DNA from: Lentisphaeria bacterium UBA4640 | GTDB taxonomy: Bacteria; Verrucomicrobiota; Lentisphaeria; Victivallales; UBA1829 | Length of the DNA: 64,000 nucleotides | Assembly (NCBI GenBank): GCA_002405835.1 | Contig: DHMO01000002.1 | Span: 9,531 to 73,530, forward strand | Direction of reading: 5' to 3' | Shown here: positions 18,801 through 27,104 of the stretch, piece after piece | Numbering within the stretch: position 1 is the stretch's first letter | Layout of the letters: each line of letters begins with the position of its first letter | Position numbers and translations under genes: made by a program | The notes under the pieces: model-generated | What the model was told of the DNA's origin: nothing | Database searches by the model: none | What the model saw: only the letters and a program-made list of their open reading frames with translations

Positions 18801-21130
18801 ACCCGATGTATTGGGGAGACGATGACAATGTCAAGCAGGCGGGGCTCCGTCCCGACAATCATGTCGCACTGGGCGTGGTTCAGGACTTCATGCAGCTGGA
18901 ACCGCTCGGACGCCTGATTCAGAAGGAATATTCTCCGCTCCGGGTTTTCCTTGCCGGCGATCCGGATGATTTCACGAACAAGGATCACGCGTTTTTCTCG
19001 AATGAAGCGTTCCGGAAAAGCATCGTCGTTGTGAACGACCGGATGAGCAGACAGAAGCTCCGGTTCCGCTGGACTTTCACCGTCGGCGGGAAAACCGTTG
19101 ACAGCGGCGAGCTGAGCGAAGACGCCGCACCCGGCGCAATTCTCAAGTTCCCGGTCAATCTGACCGCTCCGGAAGTTGCGGCGCGGACGGAAGGCAAACT
19201 TTCGCTCGACGTTTTTCTCAATGACAAAGGATTCGATACGGATGAATTCGCCGTTCAGATTTTCCCCCGGACGGAGCGTCCGGATTTCCGTTTCACCGAG
19301 CCGGCCGGACTTTACGATCCCGCCGGAAAGACGGCGGAACTTCTGAAGCGGGCGGGGTATCCGTTCCGCAAGATTTCCTCGGCAGAGGAAGCCCGTTCGC
19401 ACCGGGTCCTGATTATCGGACAGGATGCTCTGGGAGATCACGTTCCCCGTTTTCTGAAGGAGATGGAGAAGAGCGGCGATTTCCGCATCGGAAAGAAGAT
19501 TCTTTTCTTCGAGCAGCAGCCCTGCAACCTTGCGAACTTCGTATTCGAATCTCCGAACAGCCGAGAAGCGTTCATCCGGCGCAGCGACAGCCCGTACATA
19601 CAGGGCTTGACGGATGCGGATTTCCGCGACTGGCGCGGCTCTTCCGACACGCGTCCCGCGAAACACGTCAGCAACCCCGACACGACGTTCCATTATCCGC
19701 GCGACAAATGGAAAATCGGAAACGGCGGCATGGTTGCCGGCAACGTCATCCGCAAGCCTTCTTACGGACAATTCCGGACGATCGTCGACTGCGGATTCAA
19801 TCTGATGTTCTCTGCACTGATGGATTACAAGAACGGACGCGGTTATGCGCTGTTCTGCCAGCTTGATGTGACCTCCCGTTACGGCAAGGATCCTGTTGCG
19901 ACCCGGATAGTCGACAACATTCTGACGGAATTCGCCAATCCGGCTCTTCCGATTTCGAATCAGACGGCAGTCTATTACGGCGATGCGGAAAATGAAGCAG
20001 TTTTGAAACGTCTCGGCGTCGGTTATGTCAAAGGCAACGCATATGACCCGAACGGATTCCTCACAAAGGGTATTGTGATTCTCGGGCGGAATGCGATTCC
20101 AAAAGAGATGCGCGAACGGTTCCGCAAGAACTTTGAAGCGTATCTTTCCGGCGGTCACTACGCAAAGGGAATCGTCGTCTGTCTCCCCGGGGCACCGCTG
20201 GATCTTCTTCCCGTGCCCATGTCGACGGAGAAAAAGCTGATGTTCCGTGCGGAGCTGCCGGCAAATGATCCGCTCTTCGCGGGCATGACCGAGGCTGATT
20301 TCTATTTCCGCACCGCACGTGAACTCAATGCTGTGAAAGCGCCGGACTGGACGGTCGCCGCACGTCCCGCGGTTCTTGCCCGCACGGGTTTTCATCAGGG
20401 CGGAGCGGTTGTCTACGTCGGCTTCACGCCCGATATGTTTGAGGATGCGTTCTGGAACAAGGAGAAAGCAACCCGGATCTGGAACACGCTGTTTGTCAAT
20501 CTGAATTTGCCGCTCAAGCAGGAGCTGAGTCTTTTCGGCAATACACGGATGCGTCACAACACGAAGACTCCGGAGAGCGCATCGCTTGCACTGACCGAAG
20601 GTTTTCTGAAACTCGATCCTCGCAACAGCGGCAAGGTTTCGGATACGGAGGGATTCAAGCCGTACAAGCCCGGGATTCCGTGGGAGAAACAGGGATTCAC
20701 TCAAGTGAATCCGCATTACAGGTATCCGGCAAATGCTCCGGCGAACATGAAGATCCCGTACGACGGTTACGCATGGATCCGGATTCCTGTCCGGATTCCG
20801 GCGGACTGGAAATCGTATTCGATCCGTCTTTCCGGCGGACCGGTTGACGATGCGGATGAAACCTGGTTCAATGGCGTGAAGATCGGCGAAACGACGCTTG
20901 CGAAGCATCCCGACTCCTATTCCCGGATCCGGAATTATCCGGTTCCTTCGAGTGCGGTCCGGTTCGGAGAAGAAAACGTTCTGATGATCCGCGTGTTTGA
21001 CCGCTGGGGTTTTGGCGGCGTCACCGGTCCTCTTCGTCTGCTGGCTGAGGAGCCGCAGTCCGGTTCGACGGCTTCTCCCTATGTAGAGAATTTGAATCTC
21101 TACGATGTGGATGCATTCCACAACTGGTGA
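15818..21130 (+). CDS. Giant secreted protein (1770 aa): LamG domain, GH2-like module (sugar-binding jelly roll, Ig-like domain, TIM barrel), about 600 aa of unassigned domains, and a second C-terminal GH2-N-type jelly roll
   Basis: Signal peptide MRLMTKLAAVLFVPCSLMAA. LamG block REGTVSFFFRPNWERKDGK. WYQRTFKVPEAWKGKRIFLNFENLNGDYGRVYLNGKLIESF is GH2-N like. FGFRELWVENGEFRLNGFKKRF is the GH2 TIM-entry motif. The C-terminus GYAWIRIPVRIPADW...ETWFNGVKIGE...VLMIRVFDRWGFGGVTGP forms the second jelly roll. Confidence 0.8.
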   Translation: MRLMTKLAAVLFVPCSLMAAFPKVIVPFDENPTIFNGGGNPCGLAVVSGKSSYVDGVDGKALAVQRIAYDQVTAVNLNKLPDLNAREGTVSFFFRPNWERKDGKSYYLFQAGKWRSDFFLVFVKDASGQLELSVCTPKQRQLFVKNADLKAGKWVHITFSWNLAKGEQAIYLDGKPAARKSQAEWKDPGYNFRGQWNIWLGKGGSDRFKAEVAEGAFDSLKIYDVQLSDNEVLADFLGSYAKTMRPVPVEQVRRNDGKLEFRFSAPVKRFSNAQPLLSLKSGKSLITVSSTGASGKLTLNGGGKLLDSPYVINLTRPLKLSIRPEGRKAGIWFDDAFQGYLELPGGWDGLDSVNAAEGITLSAPEFSEKEIAPLKRKADGALEKCLWNLNDAQKVDSGVRQSISLNGYWRMFEDDSYAFSPALPAEQHYVRIPGSRRSSCFQLYRGKNGKLESLNVQEGPRTTADWYQRTFKVPEAWKGKRIFLNFENLNGDYGRVYLNGKLIESFRQDYKSFAAVPNARRIDVTDLLQEENVLSVFLTHFIRLYWRNLPDMRDTWNIVLGDAWLEAGPSPVFVKSAVAFPSVRKGTLEMRATVENPQGVKGDAELTFRYRRAGSEKSFSKKFRLDGSEKQRIVFTEPWKKPVLWSEESPELYAQSVALSVNGKTADMLPERDFGFRELWVENGEFRLNGFKKRFRMSANPQFDSLNMYLSHPRAVAQYVAQLKRMNFDSVRFNPSIIQRNAGFYNTPAYLRECGRQGISNFFPMPFYEGGDEAQYREWVENYLEFFGTFPSIVLWYTDFNTCSYAACQDPYYLNDTSYVPKERVLKARKFVEVADRTMRSLDPSRECVPHAAGNFGKVFGSMNYQSFGTPLQEQEDWPKIWSEKHTQPLVSFESSFPYPLQFTYFDGPIGHYMNAEHAARYFGDSVFRDEIAPVQFGKWFRFSPVTPNSANYIRGAAEMCRRVIRSWRAYDISSLGDFTSLDEAFRLSAAGSHHPMYWGDDDNVKQAGLRPDNHVALGVVQDFMQLEPLGRLIQKEYSPLRVFLAGDPDDFTNKDHAFFSNEAFRKSIVVVNDRMSRQKLRFRWTFTVGGKTVDSGELSEDAAPGAILKFPVNLTAPEVAARTEGKLSLDVFLNDKGFDTDEFAVQIFPRTERPDFRFTEPAGLYDPAGKTAELLKRAGYPFRKISSAEEARSHRVLIIGQDALGDHVPRFLKEMEKSGDFRIGKKILFFEQQPCNLANFVFESPNSREAFIRRSDSPYIQGLTDADFRDWRGSSDTRPAKHVSNPDTTFHYPRDKWKIGNGGMVAGNVIRKPSYGQFRTIVDCGFNLMFSALMDYKNGRGYALFCQLDVTSRYGKDPVATRIVDNILTEFANPALPISNQTAVYYGDAENEAVLKRLGVGYVKGNAYDPNGFLTKGIVILGRNAIPKEMRERFRKNFEAYLSGGHYAKGIVVCLPGAPLDLLPVPMSTEKKLMFRAELPANDPLFAGMTEADFYFRTARELNAVKAPDWTVAARPAVLARTGFHQGGAVVYVGFTPDMFEDAFWNKEKATRIWNTLFVNLNLPLKQELSLFGNTRMRHNTKTPESASLALTEGFLKLDPRNSGKVSDTEGFKPYKPGIPWEKQGFTQVNPHYRYPANAPANMKIPYDGYAWIRIPVRIPADWKSYSIRLSGGPVDDADETWFNGVKIGETTLAKHPDSYSRIRNYPVPSSAVRFGEENVLMIRVFDRWGFGGVTGPLRLLAEEPQSGSTASPYVENLNLYDVDAFHNW
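16073..16358 (+). repeat. Copy 2 of the LamG-coding direct repeat
   Basis: See 15295-15580. Confidence 0.8.
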
Positions 21131-21164
21131 TCATCTATCCCGGATTTGCCTTGAACGGGAAAGT

Positions 21165-21203
21165 CCCGAAGGACTCCGGATCGGTTTCTCCGGAGTCCTT
21201 CGG
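21165..21203. terminator. Bidirectional hairpin terminator between convergent genes
   Basis: Perfect 15-bp inverted repeat CCGAAGGACTCCGGA / TCCGGAGTCCTTCGG with an 8-nt loop. It lies between the stops at 21130 (+) and 21219 (-). Confidence 0.6.
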
Positions 21204-21218
21204 TGTATAATGAAACAT

Positions 21219-23411
21219 TTATTTTATCTGGAAATGCTGTGTTCCGCTGAACGTGTGCGAGGTGCCGTCCGGAAGAAACAGGGTTCCGGGAATGCCCGGA
21301 GGAATTGAGGCGGTCAGCTCTATGCCGGATGAGGTCCGGTTCCAGAAAACGGAAATCCGGCCGTAGACGGAATCGTAATGCGCGTTCATCGAATGAAGTG
21401 CATCAATGAATTTCGGTTTCAGGACAACCTCGCGGAAGCCCGGACGCGTAAACGAAGGCTCGATTCCGCCGGGATACTGCATCATCCATGCCGCAAGGTC
21501 GCCGTACATGACATGACTGTGCGAACAGCGTCCGGCAAAATCTTCCAGAAGCGCAGTCTCGCCGTCTCGAATCCATTTGCACCAGCCGGGGAACTTTTCC
21601 TGAGTGAAAATCCGGAATGCCGTGTTTTCGTACCCGTAATCCGCAAGCACTCGCGGGACAAATTTCGCTCCGGCGATTCCGAAGTCCGCAATGCATTCGT
21701 CTTCCCGCATTTTGCGGTCGAGAAGCGCGGCGGAAAGACGCGCTTCCGCATCATCGCAGAGTCCGAATGCGGCGGGAAGGGCAAGTGCGGTTTTCTCATC
21801 TTTTGCCCATGAACCGCCGCCGTTGGAAAAGTGTTTGCGGAACGACTCCGCAACTTCTGCGGCGCGGTCGAGCGCCCTTGCGGCGTCTTCGCGGAAGCCG
21901 AACAGCGATGCCGTCTCCGCAAAGATTTTCAGATTCCGGAAGTACCAGGCGGTTGTGACGAATTTGGGGGCAACCGCGCGGGTGCGGTCGTAGTGACACC
22001 AGTCGCCGAGCCCGAAACGGACGATGCCGTCTTTTGCAAGCGATTTTGTAAACTGGAGATTGAGCTTGAAAGCGTCGTAGTTTTCGCGGAGGAGCGAGCT
22101 GTCGCCGCGGTAGATGTAGACGTTGCGCGGAACTCCGAGCAGAAAGTTGTCGAAGAGCGGACCGCTGCCCCAGTTGTATCCCCAGCCGGAGGTCGGCGCC
22201 ATGCCCGGAAGCTGTCCGTTCGGACGCTGGCAGTCGCGGAGCGTTCCCAGGAATTCCCGGTAGAGTTCGGATGCGTCAAACTGGAAGAGAACGGAATCGG
22301 AGGCAAGCTGATGGTCGTTGATCCAGCCGTTTTTCTCGCGGTGCGGACAGTCGGTCGGAATGCCGACAAAATTGTTGAGGATGGAGCGGCGTGTGCAGCG
22401 TCCGAGTTCGTTCATGTCCGGATGTGAACAGGAGAATCCGCCGGTTTCCGCAAAGTCGCTTCCGATGACCTGCGCGGTCAGGGAGAGAATTTCCGCATTG
22501 CCGGAGATTTCGACTGCGGCGTAGCGGAAGCCGTGGTAGGTGAATCGCGAGTGCCAGTTTTCCGCGCCGCCGCCCTTGAGAATATAGCGTTCGGTCTGGA
22601 ATTCGCCGCTTTTGATGAACCGCGCAATGTCATTGAGATGCAGCGACCCGTCGGGGTTGAGCACGTCGCCGTACTGGATTCGGATTTCGCTCCCGCGGGT
22701 GCCGCGGACGGTGAGTTCCGCGCGTCCGGCAATGTTGACTCCGGCGTCCCAGAGTCCGGGCTTGATCTGTTTCATCGGGAAGAGCTCGCGGACGCGGCAG
22801 GGCGGAGCGGTCTGTTCAAAGAGGAATCCGCCGGGACCGGCTGTGATGACGGCGCGGCTCCATGCGGAATCGTCGAATCCGTTTTCCGCCCATCCGGGAA
22901 TTTCAAGACGGGCGTCATAATATTCGCCGTTGCGCAGACCGTCAAAGGTGATCGGGCCGCTTGCCGTGACCTTCCACGAGTCGTCGCTTGCGAGGATGAT
23001 TTGTCCGTCTGCGACAATTTCGAGGAGAAGTTTCGGATAGTCGCGCCAGGTTGCCTTGTCGAAGTGCCAGGTTTCCGCAGTGTGGCAGTTGTAGAGTCCG
23101 TTTCCGAGGACGGCGCCGATGGTGTTGAGCCCGGGCTTGAGGTATGCGGAGATGTCGTATCGGAGATACCCGGCATGACGGTCGTAGTTGGTCGGTGCGG
23201 GAGCAAGCTCGGCGTTTCCGACGCGGCGTCCGTTGAGCCAGATTTCATGATAGCCGAGTCCGCAGACGAATGCTTCGCACGATTTTTCCCCGTCGATCCG
23301 GAACTCTTTTCGGAACCAGGGGGCGGGAAGAACTTTTGCCTGCCAGTCGACCATCTCCGCTCCGGCGGAGATCCAGTATGCGTTCCACTCTCTGGTATTT
23401 GAAAAAGCCAT
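21219..23411 (-). CDS. GH78 alpha-L-rhamnosidase (730 aa)
   Basis: N-terminus WNAYWISAG...PAPWFRKEF...GYHEIWLNGRRVG. Catalytic-domain motif PTDCPHREKNGWINDHQ. GGAGAG RBS. Confidence 0.9.
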   Translation of the reverse strand: MAFSNTREWNAYWISAGAEMVDWQAKVLPAPWFRKEFRIDGEKSCEAFVCGLGYHEIWLNGRRVGNAELAPAPTNYDRHAGYLRYDISAYLKPGLNTIGAVLGNGLYNCHTAETWHFDKATWRDYPKLLLEIVADGQIILASDDSWKVTASGPITFDGLRNGEYYDARLEIPGWAENGFDDSAWSRAVITAGPGGFLFEQTAPPCRVRELFPMKQIKPGLWDAGVNIAGRAELTVRGTRGSEIRIQYGDVLNPDGSLHLNDIARFIKSGEFQTERYILKGGGAENWHSRFTYHGFRYAAVEISGNAEILSLTAQVIGSDFAETGGFSCSHPDMNELGRCTRRSILNNFVGIPTDCPHREKNGWINDHQLASDSVLFQFDASELYREFLGTLRDCQRPNGQLPGMAPTSGWGYNWGSGPLFDNFLLGVPRNVYIYRGDSSLLRENYDAFKLNLQFTKSLAKDGIVRFGLGDWCHYDRTRAVAPKFVTTAWYFRNLKIFAETASLFGFREDAARALDRAAEVAESFRKHFSNGGGSWAKDEKTALALPAAFGLCDDAEARLSAALLDRKMREDECIADFGIAGAKFVPRVLADYGYENTAFRIFTQEKFPGWCKWIRDGETALLEDFAGRCSHSHVMYGDLAAWMMQYPGGIEPSFTRPGFREVVLKPKFIDALHSMNAHYDSVYGRISVFWNRTSSGIELTASIPPGIPGTLFLPDGTSHTFSGTQHFQIK

Positions 23412-23454
23412 TTTGCACTCTCCTGATTTTTTCTGATTTTATCAGCTAATATAC

Positions 23455-23483
23455 TTGACAAACGGGGAAATGAAATGGATATT
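23455..23483 (+). promoter_or_regulatory. Possible sigma70 promoter for the AraC-type regulator
   Basis: TTGACA, 17-nt spacer, GATATT. The -10 element is weak. Confidence 0.35.
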
Positions 23484-23524
23484 ATAACGAAAGATGTATC
23501 TTTTCGCGACAGAATGGAGAATAT

Positions 23525-24292
23525 ATGGTACACGATAAAATGCTTCCGGAAATTTATCTGACCCGCCACGAAACGGGGATATACCCGTGGCGTCAGCCGA
23601 ACCTTTTCACTCCGTTCTGGCGCTGTTACTGGAATCCGTCCGAAGGCGGCTGCCTCCAAGTCGGGGAACGGGAGTTTGAGATGCGGACCGACCGTATTTA
23701 CGTTATTCCGGGACACTTCCGTTTTTCGACGTTTGCACGGAAGCCGTTCGAGCAGTTTTACATTCATTTTGTCCCGCCGGAACATGTTGTTTTCTCTGAA
23801 CCGGGGATTCATGAGACTCCGCTGACTCCGGAATGCCGTGCGCTTTTTCTGGAGTGGCTTGAGTTGAAGGAGGCGGGCGATGAGTACAGCTTCCGCTGTG
23901 AAGTGATAGCCGCGGCGGTGCTCTGTCATGCTCTGCTCAGTCTGCCGCGCGACCGTATGCTCTACCGTGAGTCGCCTGGACCTCTGGCGGAACGCGCCTC
24001 TGCATTGATCCGGGAGAACATCGCGCATCCGCTTTCGAATGCGGAGCTTGCCATGCGCTGCGGCACGGAATTGCGTACGTTTCTGCGCCATTTTCGCAAG
24101 GAGACTGGCGAGAGTCCGCAGCAGTACAGCCGCCGGATCCGTGTGGAAGCCGCGTGCCGTTATCTGCGTTATTCGGACAAAACGATCGACGAGATTGCCG
24201 AACTGACCGGTTTCCCTGACCGTTATTATTTTTCGCGGGTATTCCGTCAATATCAGCACTATCCCCCCGCCGAGTACCGCCGCGCACAGTGA
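23525..24292 (+). CDS. AraC-family transcriptional regulator (cupin-like sensor plus HTH)
   Basis: The C-terminus LRTFLRHFRKETGESPQQYSRRIRVEAACRYLRYSDKTIDEIAELTGFPDRYYFSRVFRQ is a typical AraC double HTH. The gene is divergent from the GH78 gene. Confidence 0.9.
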   Translation: MVHDKMLPEIYLTRHETGIYPWRQPNLFTPFWRCYWNPSEGGCLQVGEREFEMRTDRIYVIPGHFRFSTFARKPFEQFYIHFVPPEHVVFSEPGIHETPLTPECRALFLEWLELKEAGDEYSFRCEVIAAAVLCHALLSLPRDRMLYRESPGPLAERASALIRENIAHPLSNAELAMRCGTELRTFLRHFRKETGESPQQYSRRIRVEAACRYLRYSDKTIDEIAELTGFPDRYYFSRVFRQYQHYPPAEYRRAQ

Positions 24293-24441
24293 GAGGAGAG
24301 GTGCCGTAAACGGTTCACGGCAGACTTCCCCACGGAAAATTCCAAAAAAATTTCATCTGGGCGGTTTACATCACTCGCAGCAAGTGTTATATTAAGGCGG
24401 ATTCCTTGTCTCCGGAGGCCGGAATCCTCTGCTTGCAAAAA

Positions 24442-24891
24442 TCAATGCAGGAATGAAAAGGAAAATGAACTTGCCGGCATTCCGATTTGAACTTGCCGGA
24501 AAAAGGATCGAAGATATGGAAAAAATGACTGGCAAATCAGTTGCCGGAAGTCTGCGAAGAAGGAACGGAAGCTGCCAAATCCGGTTATAAAAATATCTGC
24601 GGAATCGGCGGGGAGTCTGTCAGGCTGCCCGGCATATTTCTCGTTCCCGTTCAATTCGTTCATCTGCAGCGTCAGCGGAAGACGTTTCAAAAACTCTGCC
24701 GCAGCCGGGGTATTCGCCGGAACTGCGGTGAAATCCTTTCCCGCGATGGTGATTTTGATTTCAGACATATTTCTTCCCGTGACCGTTGATCCTTCGTTTT
24801 TCGAGCAGGCCGCAGACAACCATGCCGTCGCTGCTAGGAGGCAGAGGCATACTGCGGCCGTGCTCATTCCGCGAAATATTCCGCGCTTCAT
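24442..24891 (-). CDS. Putative lipoprotein with a cyclophilin-like fold domain; the C-terminal ~35 aa are atypical
   Basis: The signal/lipobox reads LLAATAWLSAAC. IKITIAGKDFTAVPANTPAAAEFLKRLPLTLQMNELNGNEKY matches the cyclophilin-like (DUF3830-type) pattern. The tail FRQLICQSFFPYLRSFFRQVQ... is F/S/R-rich and unlike the family. Confidence 0.55.
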   Translation of the reverse strand: MKRGIFRGMSTAAVCLCLLAATAWLSAACSKNEGSTVTGRNMSEIKITIAGKDFTAVPANTPAAAEFLKRLPLTLQMNELNGNEKYAGQPDRLPADSADIFITGFGSFRSFFADFRQLICQSFFPYLRSFFRQVQIGMPASSFSFSFLH

Positions 24892-24896
24892 TGTTC

Positions 24897-25985
24897 TTAC
24901 TTCTTCCCAAGATACTTCCGGAAAAATCTGTCGATCTTGTCGAAGGGTATGACCTTCATATTGTCGTAAAGATCGCAGTGCACTGCGCCGGGAACGATGA
25001 CGAGTTCCTTGTTGTCGCCTTTGAGCATCTTGAAGGCGGTTTCGCCGAAATAGCGGCTGTGCGCCTTTTCGCCGTGGACGACCATGACCGGCGATTCGAT
25101 CTCGCTTGCGTAAGCCAGCAGTTTGGCGTTCAGGAACGAAATAGCGGACGTCTTGTTCCAGCCCCGGTTGGAGTTGAGCGAGCGCGGATGATAGCCGCGT
25201 TTTGTCTTGTAATGGTCATAATACTCCTTGACGAACTGCGGCGCATCGGCGGGCAGCGGGTCGATCACGCCGCCCGCGAGTTCATAATACCCGGCGGCAT
25301 AATCTTTCGTGCGCTGGGCGTTCAGAGCCTGACGCAGTTTCCGCCGCGCCTGGGGATTGTCATCCGCATCATTGTAGCCGTTAGCGATAACGCGAGTCAT
25401 GTCATACATGGTGACGGCGACCGTCGCCTTGATGCGGGTGTCGATGGCGGCGGCGTTGATCGCCATGCCGCCCCAGCCGCAGATGCCGACAATGCCGATC
25501 CGTTCGGGGTCGACATCGGAGCGGTTGCTCAGATAATCCACTGCGGCGGAAAAATCCTCCGTGTTGATGTCCGGTGACGCAACAAAGCGGGGCGTACCGC
25601 CGCTTTCCCCGGTGAACGAGGGATCGAACGCGATGGTCAGGAAACCGCGTTCCGCTAGCTGCTGGGCATAGATCCCGCTGGACTGCTCTTTCACCGCGCC
25701 AAAGGGACCCGAAACCGCGATGGCGGGAAGTCTGCCGGAAGCGTTCTTCGGTTTATAAAGGTCGGCGGCAAGCGTGATTCCGAAACGGTTGTGGAATGTT
25801 ATCTTGCAATGGTCCACCTTTTCACTCTTCGGGAAAATCTTGTCCCACTTTTCGGTCAGCTGCAGTTTTGCATCCTGTACGCCGGGATTCTTCATGTCGG
25901 TCATTTTGCCGGCCTCCTTTCCATAAGTTGTGATCGTGATTCCTGACAGCAGGGTCAGACCGATGATTCTTCCGATCGTCTTCAT
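24897..25985 (-). CDS. Secreted alpha/beta hydrolase, dienelactone-hydrolase-like, with a cysteine at the nucleophile elbow
   Basis: The internal ATG at 25985 gives MKTIGRIIGLTLLSGITITTYG (signal peptide). The elbow motif is IGIVGICGWGG (GxCxG). Confidence 0.75.
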   Translation of the reverse strand: MKTIGRIIGLTLLSGITITTYGKEAGKMTDMKNPGVQDAKLQLTEKWDKIFPKSEKVDHCKITFHNRFGITLAADLYKPKNASGRLPAIAVSGPFGAVKEQSSGIYAQQLAERGFLTIAFDPSFTGESGGTPRFVASPDINTEDFSAAVDYLSNRSDVDPERIGIVGICGWGGMAINAAAIDTRIKATVAVTMYDMTRVIANGYNDADDNPQARRKLRQALNAQRTKDYAAGYYELAGGVIDPLPADAPQFVKEYYDHYKTKRGYHPRSLNSNRGWNKTSAISFLNAKLLAYASEIESPVMVVHGEKAHSRYFGETAFKMLKGDNKELVIVPGAVHCDLYDNMKVIPFDKIDRFFRKYLGKK

Positions 25986-26141
25986 TTTGTGTTTTCCTTT
26001 CGTTGATGGGGATTTGTGCCTGGAGTATAATATAAGTGCGGAGTTATGAAATAGCAAATACTTTATTTTTATATGATGATATGCTTGAAAAGCATGAATA
26101 CGCAAAGTATATTATCTCATGAACCGGAAGAAAGGCGAATC

Positions 26142-27041
26142 ATGGAACTCAGAGTCCTGAAGTATTTTTTGAGCGTGGCACGGACAGGCAGCATGACTGC
26201 CGCCGCACACAGTCTGCACGTCACCCAGCCGACGTTGTCTAGGCAGCTGCAGGATCTGGAATACGAGCTCGGCAAAAAGCTGTTCGTGCGCGGCAGTCAT
26301 CACGTTTCCCTTACCAGAGATGGAATGCTGCTCCGTCAGCGCGCGGAAGAGATCATGGAGATCGTCAACCAGACGGAAGCCGAATTTTATGCCGGTTCCC
26401 GGGCTGTCGCCGGGGATATTTACATCGGCTGCGGGGAAAGTCAGGCGCTCTCATTGCTGGCGGAGGTCATCAGTATTTTTCATTCCGATCATCCGCAGGT
26501 CCGGTTCCATCTGCACAGCGGCAACGCGGAGGATGTGACGGAACGGCTCGACCGGGGAATTCTGGACTTCGGGATCCTGATCCAGCCCACGGATATTTCC
26601 CGCTACGACAGTCTGCCGCTGCCTCTCAAGGACACCTGGGGACTGATCCTCCGGAGAGACCACCCGCTTGCCAAACGGAAAACGATCCGTCCGGCCGATC
26701 TTGCCGATGTGCCACTGTTCCTCTCCAGACAGACGTTCCGTAATGGAAAACTGACCGGCATTATTGCCGACTGGTTCGGGGAATGGGGCAGCTCGCTCAA
26801 GGTTGCGGGGACCTACAATCTGATCTTCAACGCCGCACTGCTGATCCGCGCGGGCATGGGGTGCGCCTTGGGACTAGCGGGACTGATCAACGCGACCAGC
26901 CAGAGCGACTTGTGCTTCCGCCCGCTGAGTCCCAAACTGGAAGTCGGGCTGAACATCGTTTGGAAAAAGAACCGGATCTTTTCTGATGCCGCCGAAAAAT
27001 TCCTGGAACGCATGAAAGAGATTTTTACCGCGGGGAAATGA
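26142..27041 (+). CDS. LysR-family transcriptional regulator
   Basis: MELRVLKYFLSVARTGSMTAAAHSLHVTQPTLSRQLQDLE is a LysR HTH. The gene is divergent from the hydrolase gene. Confidence 0.9.
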   Translation: MELRVLKYFLSVARTGSMTAAAHSLHVTQPTLSRQLQDLEYELGKKLFVRGSHHVSLTRDGMLLRQRAEEIMEIVNQTEAEFYAGSRAVAGDIYIGCGESQALSLLAEVISIFHSDHPQVRFHLHSGNAEDVTERLDRGILDFGILIQPTDISRYDSLPLPLKDTWGLILRRDHPLAKRKTIRPADLADVPLFLSRQTFRNGKLTGIIADWFGEWGSSLKVAGTYNLIFNAALLIRAGMGCALGLAGLINATSQSDLCFRPLSPKLEVGLNIVWKKNRIFSDAAEKFLERMKEIFTAGK

Positions 27042-27104
27042 AATTTTTGTGGCGAGACAACGGTTCGGCTGCGTCCCGGATATGATGACTCGCCCCCCCC
27101 CCTT

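Noticed and set aside
18269-21121. 950-aa minus-strand ORF, with a 380-aa companion at 16295-17437
   Set aside because: It lies entirely antisense to the 1770-aa LamG/GH2-like gene. It is Arg/Pro/Gly-rich with no motifs, whereas the sense frame carries clear domain signatures. It is an artefact of stop-poor antisense frames in this GC-rich, codon-biased genome.
22772-24259. 495-aa minus-strand ORF spanning the GH78 5' region and the AraC gene
   Set aside because: It overlaps the GH78 gene in a different frame and is antisense to the AraC gene. No motifs are present. Both overlapped genes have strong family signatures.
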